Shown here: in pieces, positions 56,439 to 64,000 of the stretch
Position numbering within the stretch: position 1 is the stretch's first letter
Layout: each line of letters starts with the position of its first letter
From: Actinomycetes bacterium
GTDB lineage: Bacteria > Actinomycetota > Acidimicrobiia > Acidimicrobiales > SZUA-35
Direction: 5' to 3'
Assembly: GCA_024280015.1 (NCBI GenBank)
Contig: JAJRQY010000125.1
Coordinates: 9,064 to 73,063 of the forward strand
DNA: 64,000 bases
Made by a program: the position numbers and the translations under genes
The notes under the pieces: generated by a model
What the model was told of the DNA's origin: nothing
Seen by the model: only the letters and a program-made list of their open reading frames with translations
The model's database searches: none

Positions 56439-58754
56439 ATGAAGCCAAGTCCGGATGACGACAACTACCTCGAGTATTGGGCCAGACAGGCTAAGGATCG
56501 CATTGATTGGCGGCGTGAATTTCTACAGGTTCTCGATTGGCAGCCCCCGTACAACGAGTGGTTTGTTGGTGGCAAACTAAACGTCAGCGAGAACTGCCTC
56601 GATCGCCACATTGTTGCCGGTGCCGGTGACCGACTGGCAATACATTGGGTGGGGGCGAACGGCGAGAGCAGGCAGATCACCTATCGCCAACTATCCGAGG
56701 AAGTGAACCGACTGGCCAACGCGCTACGGGCTCGTGGCATCGAACGTGGTGATCGTGTTGCCATCTTTTTGCCGCGTGTTCCGGAACGAACCGCGGCAAT
56801 GTTGGCCTGCGCTCGCGTTGGTGCGGTCCACAGTGTTGTCTTTGCCGGTCTATCGTCTGACGCCCTGGCTGACCGGCTTAACGATGCCACCGCCACCGCG
56901 CTCATCACTGCAAATGGCGGCTGGCTCGATGGAAGCCATGTGGCGTTCAAGCGGCGATGTGACGAGGCGCTGGAGGCCGGCACCTCCGTGCAGACGGTGA
57001 TTGTCGTTGATCGTGACGGCAGCGCTGTTGACATGTGTGCGGACCGAGATGTCTGGTACCACGACTGCATTTCTGACGCATCTCCTGTTTGTCCAGCTGA
57101 TGAGATCGACTCCGAGGAGGTTCTGTACCTGCTCTACACCTCCGGTGTTACCGATCGGCCGAAGGGAATCATGCATACCACCGGCGGCTACATCACCCAG
57201 GTCGCCACCACGATGAGCGAGATCTTCGCCATGAATCCGGAGTGCGACCTGTTCTGGTGTGGTATCGATACTGCATGGGCGGCCGGACACTCCTACGGTG
57301 TCTACGGACCGCTCCTTTGTGGGGTCTCGTCCTTGCTCTACGAAGGACCTGCCGCTGGGCCAGGCGACGACTCGATACTCAGACTGCTGGCCGAACACTC
57401 CGTAAGTCATGCCTATGTCTCACCGGCGGTTGTACGCATGTGGATGTCGGTGGGCACGAGGGACACCTCCACTTGGGATTTGTCGGCTCTGAGGAACATC
57501 GTTACCTTCGGCGACACACTCCATCTGGATGAGCGAGTATGGCTTGCACGGAACATGGGTGGAGGTTCCCTGTCGGTTAAGAACACGTGGTGGCAATGCG
57601 AAAGCGGTGCGATCATGGCGGCCAGCGCTCCTGGCCAGGAGTCAGGCGTAACCATGCAACCGATCTCTGGTGTAGCACTGGATGTCCTTGACATCGCTGG
57701 TCATCCCGTCCACGGCGTGGCCGGTGCTCTGGCATCGCCCCGGCCGTGGCCTGCAATGCTCCGCGGAGTATGGGACCAGCCCCAGCGTTACCGGTCCGAT
57801 TACTGGACCAGCAGTTGCGATCACTTCATCACGGGAGACTATGCACGGTCGAGTCCTGAAGGTGAGATCACCTTGCTTGGCCGGATGGGGGATCTTGTGC
57901 CAATGGCCGCCGGTCCGCTCTCACCGGTGGAGATCGAGGATGCGCTTGACCTGCTTCCTACCGTTTCAGAATCGGTGGTCGTCTCGGTGCCACGAGAAGG
58001 GCAAGCTGACCAGGCGCTCATGGCGTTCGTTGTGGTCGCAGATGACACTGAAGCGTCTGATGAGCTCGGTGGCCGACTGGCCGACCAGATCGAGCGTGAG
58101 ATCGGGGCCCGTGCCAGGCCAGCCTCGATAGCATTCGCCCCACAACTGCCTCGTAGCGGAGACGGCAAGCTGATGCGACGCCTTCTTCGCGATGTGGCTC
58201 TTGGTCGCGAGCTTGGCGACACAACGACGCTGCCGGAGTCGTCATTGATGGATGAGATACGAGAGCGGGCGGCCTACCCCGAGAACTGGTGTTGGAATGG
58301 AGCCCCGATCCAGCCGGGGCCGGTCGTGCTCGTCGACCTGGACGGCACGATCGCTGACGCCGAGGAACGCATGCGCGGCATCGAGAAGGACCGTGAGAAC
58401 TGGCTGGACTACATGGTGGGCGCTGGCGAAGACGGACTGATCGTCGAGGTCGCTCGCTTGGTCCAACTGCTGACCAGCGATGTCGCTGTTGTCATGCTGA
58501 GTGCTCGCCCAATCAGCATCCTGGAGGAGACTCGCGAATGGCTAACGCTGCACTCGGTGCGGTGGGACTTGATGATCCTGCGGGGCACGACCAGTATCGA
58601 TCGGCCGCGCCACTTCAAGAAGCACCGAACGCGAGAGCTGAAGGAACGCAACTTTGAACCAGTGCTGGCATTGGACGATGACCGCCGCAATGTTGAAATG
58701 TACCATTCAGAGGGTGTTCCCTGTCTCTACGTACACTCCGGTATTCATTCTTGA
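56439..58754 (+). CDS. Degenerate acetyl-CoA-synthetase-like adenylating enzyme fused to a C-terminal PNKP-type HAD phosphatase
   Basis: ACS N-terminus (WFVGGKLNVSENCLDRH), YTSGVTDRPKG, GHSY.VYGPL, TWWQCESG and GKLMRRLLR. In frame after that come VLVDLDGTIAD (HAD I), LSARP (II), FKK (III) and ALDDD (IV). Confidence 0.85.
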   Translation: MKPSPDDDNYLEYWARQAKDRIDWRREFLQVLDWQPPYNEWFVGGKLNVSENCLDRHIVAGAGDRLAIHWVGANGESRQITYRQLSEEVNRLANALRARGIERGDRVAIFLPRVPERTAAMLACARVGAVHSVVFAGLSSDALADRLNDATATALITANGGWLDGSHVAFKRRCDEALEAGTSVQTVIVVDRDGSAVDMCADRDVWYHDCISDASPVCPADEIDSEEVLYLLYTSGVTDRPKGIMHTTGGYITQVATTMSEIFAMNPECDLFWCGIDTAWAAGHSYGVYGPLLCGVSSLLYEGPAAGPGDDSILRLLAEHSVSHAYVSPAVVRMWMSVGTRDTSTWDLSALRNIVTFGDTLHLDERVWLARNMGGGSLSVKNTWWQCESGAIMAASAPGQESGVTMQPISGVALDVLDIAGHPVHGVAGALASPRPWPAMLRGVWDQPQRYRSDYWTSSCDHFITGDYARSSPEGEITLLGRMGDLVPMAAGPLSPVEIEDALDLLPTVSESVVVSVPREGQADQALMAFVVVADDTEASDELGGRLADQIEREIGARARPASIAFAPQLPRSGDGKLMRRLLRDVALGRELGDTTTLPESSLMDEIRERAAYPENWCWNGAPIQPGPVVLVDLDGTIADAEERMRGIEKDRENWLDYMVGAGEDGLIVEVARLVQLLTSDVAVVMLSARPISILEETREWLTLHSVRWDLMILRGTTSIDRPRHFKKHRTRELKERNFEPVLALDDDRRNVEMYHSEGVPCLYVHSGIHS

Positions 58755-59215
58755 GGACGAGCCCGAGTGAGTCGAAAGGCATTGGTTTGTTCGGCGACCA
58801 GGGTGATGAAATCGCTTCGATCTTCAGCGCCAAGCTTGACACCAGCCAGTTCGACTGGCATCTCTGTGGTTCGGATCCATTGGTCAAACAGAGTTGTTAG
58901 CTCCTGGCCGGAGACTTCTTCTGACAGGGACTCAAAGTCTGCCGTTGTCACTGACTGTCCCGAGAAGCGTTGTACCCAGGTCTGCAGAATCTCGAAGAAC
59001 AAATCATCGCCTACCTCGACCCGCAGAGCGTGGAGCATCAGGGCACCGCGTTGGTACACGTGTATACCAAACAGGTCATTGGTTTCTGGCTTATGGACCT
59101 CGGCTTCCAGCGCTGGGCCGTAGGTAACGGTTGACCGGATCAGCCGGTTGCTGAGTCGATCATGGGCCTGGTTTCGCACCCGTTCGGTAGATTGACCGAG
59201 GTCAGAATCTAAGGC
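58745..59215 (-). pseudogene. C-terminal remnant of an M1 family aminopeptidase
   Basis: DLFGIHVYQRGALMLHALRVEVGDDLFFEILQTW...TTADF...LFDQW is the M1 C-terminal segment containing the catalytic Tyr. GAMEN and HExxH are absent, and the frame is closed upstream by the stop of the previous gene at 59216-59218. Confidence 0.75.
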
Positions 59216-61480
59216 CTACGGCGAGGTCGTGACTGTTGCCAAACGTGATGCTCCAGGGTTGCCATTGCCATCTATGGCTCGCACCTCGATCTGATACGTG
59301 GTGCCTGGCTCTAGATTGCGAACTACGTACCAGGAATCGTTGTCCGTGGCCTGTAACTGGCCATTCACAAGAATCTCGTGGTTTGCGGCACCAGCGACCT
59401 TGGCGTAGTTGATGACCACCTTGCGTCGCTCGGTCCGGGTGACATTCACGAAGGCTGGTGCCGGCAACTGGCCGACACCGCCACCATCTTCGATGGTCAC
59501 GCTCCGGTAACCGGTCCTCCAGGACTTATTTCCGGCCGCATCTCGCGCCCGGAAGTAGTAGCGGTATCCAGTGTTGGGTTGCAGGTCGGTGTCTGAGTAG
59601 TTGATCGACTGAGTTTCAGCCAGGAAGCTAAACGCCCCGCCGTTAGTGGAGCGATAGATCTCGTAGGCAACCACTCCGACATTGTCGGTTGAAGCGTTCC
59701 AACTGAGCTGCACCGTGGTCTGGTTGACAGTGGCCTGGTGCTGGGTGGGAACAGTCGGTCGTTCGGTGTCAGGAACGGGAGGTTGCTGCCCGTCTGCCCC
59801 GAGGACAACCACCTCGGCCATTGTCAAGAAAGAGACCCCAGATTGGGCAATTCTTACGTAGCGACCGCTGGTGTTCGGATTGACGAAGGACACTCTCGCG
59901 CGGGCACCGGGGAGCATGTAGGTCGATACACCGGGTTGATTCTTCACCACGTTTGGATCTGATGAAGTAAATGGAGAATCGGAGACAAAGACAAATACGT
60001 TGCGCAGTCGTTCCGGGCAGCAATCGGATCGGTTGTAGATAGCAATCTCGGAGATGTTCTGAGAGCTTCCGAGATCTGCTTGCCACCACGGGTTGTTCTG
60101 TTGAAGGGTCGAAGACACCGAGAGGTTGGTGAATGTTCCTTCGATCGAGCCGTCAACTGCCTTCGATGCCCCCACCGTTGGCCAGTAGTTTGAGCTCTGA
60201 CTCACGACGCCTTCCCGAGCCAGGTTTGTGGACTCTCGTTCACACAGCCTGGTGAATCGTCCGACCTTTCTTCCTCCGGATGCGGTGATGTCGCCTCCAA
60301 TCCAAAGACAACCATTGGAGTCTGCTTTCAGCGCCCAAACTCCAGCGGCACCGCTGGTTTGGGTCACGAAGCTGTCAATTCGTTGCCCGGTATTGGCGTT
60401 GTAAGCGGCTACGTGACTGATGCCGTCGAGGTTGCCCTGGCCGATAGTTCGGTGCTCGACTCGGCAGTGGCATGACGCGTAGATGACGTCACCTGACCGC
60501 TCGAGTGCTTGATAGTCGCCGCCGTTGATATTGCTCCCGGTCGTGTGCTGGAGTAGTAGACGCTGAGTCGATCGTTCAAGAACCTGGAGCGAGTGGTTCG
60601 AGCCAGCAACGAAGATCTTGTTGCTGGTGACAATGACGTCGTGTTGGTAGCTCACAACGTGGTTGGCGACAAACGGTTGGACCCCAGTACGGACTGCCCC
60701 GTTTGAGGTATTGATAGCGGCGAGATTGGCTGTGCCCGGGGAGCCGTTCACCGAGGTGAAGTATCCTGTTAGATAGAGAAATCCTTCGTCGGGGTCCAGG
60801 CCAGCGCCCCAAACAGCCCCACCCGTGACATCGGCGACAAACTGGGAGTCGGGAATGCCGCTGCCCAACGCGAACTTCCCGATCGATGCTGTGCGAGTTC
60901 GACTGGAGTTGTCAGAGCGACTCACATGGCTGAACTTTCCAACAGCGTAGAGGTGATTGGCCCCAAGTTCTAGGTCATAGACAACGGCGGGACGTTGCGT
61001 CCACGGGCGTTCGACGAATCCCTTCCAGCTCGTGTCAACGCGACCCGTCGCCGGATCGAGTGCGACAAGCCCACTCGTGTTCGGGAGCCCATCAGCATTG
61101 GTGAATTCTCCACCGACTAGAAGTCTTGTTCCGTCTGGTGATGCTTGCAGGGCGTAGACGGACCCCTCAAGATTCGGCCGAAATGAGCTATCCCAGACGC
61201 CGGTGTCTACATCGAATGCCGCCAAGAACCGTTGGGATACGGTCTGTGCACCATTGTCGACGGTCAGGAATTTGCCGCCAACATAGATCTTGTTGCCGAT
61301 CTGCTCAATGTCCCAAACATGGTTGCGAACTTGTGGGGTGACTGAGGCCGGATCAAGACCGTCGACGCCCCAAGCCATTGGCAGCGGCGCCGCCGCTTCA
61401 GCAGGGCTTGACGAAAGCAGCGCGGCGATGACGGCAACGACGACGAGGATCAGACCTCGTCGATTCTTTGGGTGACTCAT
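59216..61480 (-). CDS. Secreted protein: beta-propeller + F-type lectin (fucolectin/F5/8C-like) + two FN3 domains
   Basis: Signal peptide, propeller repeats (KIYVGGKF, RLLVGGEFT), NLAREG..SQSS...AVDG...NPWWQADLG...YNRSDCCPERL, and FN3 LSWNASTDNVGV..YEIYR...L.PNTGYRY. AGAGGA RBS before ATG 61480. Confidence 0.85.
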   Translation of the reverse strand: MSHPKNRRGLILVVVAVIAALLSSSPAEAAAPLPMAWGVDGLDPASVTPQVRNHVWDIEQIGNKIYVGGKFLTVDNGAQTVSQRFLAAFDVDTGVWDSSFRPNLEGSVYALQASPDGTRLLVGGEFTNADGLPNTSGLVALDPATGRVDTSWKGFVERPWTQRPAVVYDLELGANHLYAVGKFSHVSRSDNSSRTRTASIGKFALGSGIPDSQFVADVTGGAVWGAGLDPDEGFLYLTGYFTSVNGSPGTANLAAINTSNGAVRTGVQPFVANHVVSYQHDVIVTSNKIFVAGSNHSLQVLERSTQRLLLQHTTGSNINGGDYQALERSGDVIYASCHCRVEHRTIGQGNLDGISHVAAYNANTGQRIDSFVTQTSGAAGVWALKADSNGCLWIGGDITASGGRKVGRFTRLCERESTNLAREGVVSQSSNYWPTVGASKAVDGSIEGTFTNLSVSSTLQQNNPWWQADLGSSQNISEIAIYNRSDCCPERLRNVFVFVSDSPFTSSDPNVVKNQPGVSTYMLPGARARVSFVNPNTSGRYVRIAQSGVSFLTMAEVVVLGADGQQPPVPDTERPTVPTQHQATVNQTTVQLSWNASTDNVGVVAYEIYRSTNGGAFSFLAETQSINYSDTDLQPNTGYRYYFRARDAAGNKSWRTGYRSVTIEDGGGVGQLPAPAFVNVTRTERRKVVINYAKVAGAANHEILVNGQLQATDNDSWYVVRNLEPGTTYQIEVRAIDGNGNPGASRLATVTTSP

Positions 61481-61608
61481 GTAAACATCCTCTGAGAAAC
61501 AACTAGTCACGTAGAGTGACATACAACTACTGTGGGTGCAAGAGGACATCTATCCCGGTTTGCCGGGTTTGGTCATGCCTTGCCGGCGACCAGATTTTCC
61601 GCCCCAGT

Positions 61609-62397
61609 TCAAGTCGTGATGTGCTGAGCGAATGCGGAACCCGTTTGGAAATCGTCCTCTGTGAATAGGTCGATACCGCACTCAAGCCGCTCAAACCAGG
61701 TCAAGAACTCGTCGATTACCTCTGGTCCTTTGAACGGTGCTCCGTGCTGTGGAACAATCCACTCAGGCTCAAGTTGCCGGATCATCTGGGCCCAGAAACG
61801 ACACGCCCGGTTCGATGTCATGTACCGCCGATGAAAGTCGATCATTGATCCCACGTGGGCACCAAAATTCGTCACGGGCATCGAGACATTGCCTGGATCA
61901 ACAGAGGAGCCAATATCACCGGAGAACAGAACGTTCGCGACCGGGTCGTAGATGTTCATGTTTCCCACGGAGTGCAAGAAGTGGGCCGGCAGGGCAACGA
62001 GTGACGATCGACCGAATGCAATAGTGCCACCGGAGTCGGGAACGACCATGATGCGTTCTGGCGAGTAGCTCCCTGGGGCAAAGAAGTGTGGCAGGAATCT
62101 GGCCCACATCGAAGGAATGACGACCCGACACGATGTACCAACAAGCCACTTACTCACCGACGCGACGATGTCCGGATCTTGATGTGAGGCAATCACGAAG
62201 TCGAGATCTTTCACCGTCGTGTGTCTGCCAGCGTGGACGTAGAGCCGAGAGTACGTCAGATTGCCACCGGGATCTATAATCGCCGAACTGTCGCCGTCGA
62301 GGATGAGAAATTGGTTGCTCTGGATCCCTTCGCCCTCAACAAGATCTCCGAAACTGAGGCACTTGTGGCCCTCATTCTCATAGATGACTGTAGACAT
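61609..62397 (-). CDS. Oxygen-binding di-iron protein (ODP)-like MBL-fold protein, stand-alone flavodiiron N-terminal domain
   Basis: IQSNQFLI, IIDPGG, ASHQDPD, PAHFLHS.GN, LFSGDIG, FHRRYM and IVPQHG. There is no flavodoxin domain. Confidence 0.8.
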   Translation of the reverse strand: MSTVIYENEGHKCLSFGDLVEGEGIQSNQFLILDGDSSAIIDPGGNLTYSRLYVHAGRHTTVKDLDFVIASHQDPDIVASVSKWLVGTSCRVVIPSMWARFLPHFFAPGSYSPERIMVVPDSGGTIAFGRSSLVALPAHFLHSVGNMNIYDPVANVLFSGDIGSSVDPGNVSMPVTNFGAHVGSMIDFHRRYMTSNRACRFWAQMIRQLEPEWIVPQHGAPFKGPEVIDEFLTWFERLECGIDLFTEDDFQTGSAFAQHITT

Positions 62398-62471
62398 TGA
62401 AACTCACTCTCAATTCTTGCTGTCGCTGTGCGGCGATGACCGTAGGCTCTGAGCCTTTTTGATGGCAACAA

Positions 62472-63893
62472 CTACCACGACGCCGCGATGTATTGGGTCT
62501 CACAGAACTCATAGATCCCTTCATTGGCGCCCTCGCGCCCAAGACCTGACTGCTTCATGCCTCCGAAGGGGGCAGCGGGGTCAGACATAGTGCCGCGGTT
62601 GAGGCCGACCATGCCTGACTCGAGTTGTTCACACACTCGCAGGCCTCGACCAAGATCTTGGGTGTAGACGTAGGCAGCAAGCCCCAACTCCGTGTCGTTG
62701 GCCGATGCGATCATTGTTTCGGCATCGGAAAAGGGGATGATGGGGGCGACCGGGCCGAATATTTCGGCTCTGGTGATGTCAGAATCCATCGCTACGTCGG
62801 TCAACACAGTGGGATGGTAGAAGGATCCGGGGCGGTCAATTGGTGTGCCGCCCAGTGCGGCGGAAGCACCGGCGTGGGTGGCCGCTCTCACGAGTCCGTC
62901 GATCTTTTGGACGGCTGCGGCGTTGATGACGGGACCGCAGTTGACGCCTTGAGTGAATCCGTTTCCAACCGTGAGCGCGCCCATGGCGGCCGCCAGTTTC
63001 TCCGCGAACTCCACCGCAACCTCAGCCTCGACAAAGAACCGGTTGGCCGCAGTGCATGCTTGCGCGGAGTGGCGCATTTTGGCAATCATCGCCCCCTGGA
63101 CAGCAGAGTCGATATCTGCGTCCTTGAACACAATAAATGGGGCATTGCCACCCAACTCCATGCCGACCTTCAGGATCCGGTCCGACGCTTGACGAAGCAA
63201 TATGCGGCCAGTTTCGGTTGACCCTGTGAAGGTCACCATCCGCACCGCAGGATGCTGGACTGCGGCATCGAACCAGGCGGCTGGGTCTGTTGACGGCACG
63301 ACATTGATAACACCGGCCGGTATTCCGGCATGGTGGAATAGTTCGGCCATTCGAAGAGCGGTCAGTGGCGTGTCTTCTGCGGGCTTGACCACGACCGAGT
63401 TACCGGCGGCCAATGCCGGGGCGATCTTGCGTGTGATCATCGCGGCGGGGAAGTTCCAGGGGGTGATGACGATGACAACACCAACGGGTGGGTGGCGAAT
63501 GATGATCTTGTTTCCTCCGCCGGGCGCGGTACCTATTGATCCGTGGATGCGTACCGCCTCCTCGGAGTTCCAACGGAAGAACTCTGCGGCGTAGGCGACC
63601 TCGTCCTTGGCGTCGTCCAGGGGCTTGCCGTGTTCCTTGGTGATCAACTCTGCCAACTCATCTGAGTGCAGGACCATCGTCTTCCAACATGATCGCAGTA
63701 CTTCAGCCCGTGAGCGCGGCGCCATCGCGGCCCAGCTCTTCTGGGCTATTGCGGCCGCGTCGCAGGCGGTGGATGCTTCGGCGGCTGTTCCTGCAGATAC
63801 TTGGGCGATGCGGTGGCCGTTGGAAGGGTCATGCACCGCTAGTGACTCGGAGCCCTCCAGCCATTCACCTCCGATGAGAAGCTTTGTTTGCAT
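62472..63893 (-). CDS. gabD: NAD(P)-dependent succinate-semialdehyde dehydrogenase
   Basis: ITPWNFP, VKPAEDTP, FTGSTETG, MELGGNAPF, AQACTA, EIFGP and PFGGMKQSGLGREG. AAGGA RBS before ATG 63893. Confidence 0.9.
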   Translation of the reverse strand: MQTKLLIGGEWLEGSESLAVHDPSNGHRIAQVSAGTAAEASTACDAAAIAQKSWAAMAPRSRAEVLRSCWKTMVLHSDELAELITKEHGKPLDDAKDEVAYAAEFFRWNSEEAVRIHGSIGTAPGGGNKIIIRHPPVGVVIVITPWNFPAAMITRKIAPALAAGNSVVVKPAEDTPLTALRMAELFHHAGIPAGVINVVPSTDPAAWFDAAVQHPAVRMVTFTGSTETGRILLRQASDRILKVGMELGGNAPFIVFKDADIDSAVQGAMIAKMRHSAQACTAANRFFVEAEVAVEFAEKLAAAMGALTVGNGFTQGVNCGPVINAAAVQKIDGLVRAATHAGASAALGGTPIDRPGSFYHPTVLTDVAMDSDITRAEIFGPVAPIIPFSDAETMIASANDTELGLAAYVYTQDLGRGLRVCEQLESGMVGLNRGTMSDPAAPFGGMKQSGLGREGANEGIYEFCETQYIAASW

Positions 63894-63947
63894 GGTTGTT
63901 CCTTGGGTTGGTTGGTAGTTCATCGACTGTTGGCGTCGAGGGGGGTG

Positions 63948-64000
63948 TCAGATGGGAACGCGGCTGGTGGTGTAATCGGAGGTCGCCAGGTACCGATACT
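63948..64000 (-). CDS. 3' end of an unidentified gene entering from the right edge
   Basis: The frame reads ...YRYLATSDYTTSRVPI* and stops 55 nt before gabD on the same strand. Too short to assign. Confidence 0.45.
   Translation of the reverse strand, partial: YRYLATSDYTTSRVPI

Noticed and set aside
56439-58754. Calling this gene acs (housekeeping acetyl-CoA synthetase)
   Set aside because: Multiple core motifs are degenerate, the CoA-binding residues appear lost, and a HAD domain is fused.
61506-61520. GTCAC-N5-GTGAC palindrome upstream of the lectin gene as a CRP site
   Set aside because: Arm orientation and spacing do not match TGTGA-N6-TCACA, and there is no second copy to support another regulator.
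62446-62463. AGGCT-CTG-AGCCT-TTTT hairpin as a terminator
   Set aside because: The stem is only 5-6 bp, and the U-tract is on the + strand where no gene ends. The flanking genes are both on the minus strand.

Overview
A 64 kb GC-rich chromosomal segment, most likely from an Acidimicrobiia-like actinobacterium. That assignment is inferred from the tRNA-Leu(CAG)-fhaA-fhaB-pstP-rodA-pbpA-pknB-trpG/crgA block, a PAC2 protein, DUF4214 surface proteins and a betaine/C1 cluster. From left to right: (1) a ProVWX-type betaine ABC transporter, an IclR regulator, metF-fhs and a divergent GcvT-family (dimethylglycine dehydrogenase-like) gene with etfBA. A shared 17-bp palindrome marks these as one probable IclR regulon. 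(2) A LysR with a DUF1858-methyltransferase and two DUF4214 surface proteins, one frameshifted. (3) The conserved actinobacterial cell-division/STPK cluster, with two DnaA boxes just downstream of crgA. (4) An acyl-CoA ligase, a two-component system, an acyltransferase and small hydrolases/dehydrogenases. (5) An aromatic/heteroaromatic catabolism-rich region: two paralogous Tat-lipoprotein intradiol dioxygenases, an APH-M23-aminotransferase III fusion, a NicX-like pyridine-ring operon, a MacAB-like exporter, and IclR-hpaD-P450 (I-helix Thr replaced by Pro). These are followed by a P-loop kinase and a degenerate acetyl-CoA-synthetase-like protein fused to a PNKP-type HAD phosphatase. (6) An M1 peptidase remnant, a secreted propeller/F-type lectin/FN3 protein, an ODP-like di-iron protein and gabD. 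The best candidate for an undescribed system is the kinase + ACS-like/HAD module at 55832-58754. It keeps adenylation residues but appears to have lost CoA-binding residues. I saw no integrase, transposase, CRISPR array or rRNA. Two single-base frameshifts suggest possible assembly indel errors. All family assignments are from motif recognition by eye; no searches were run.
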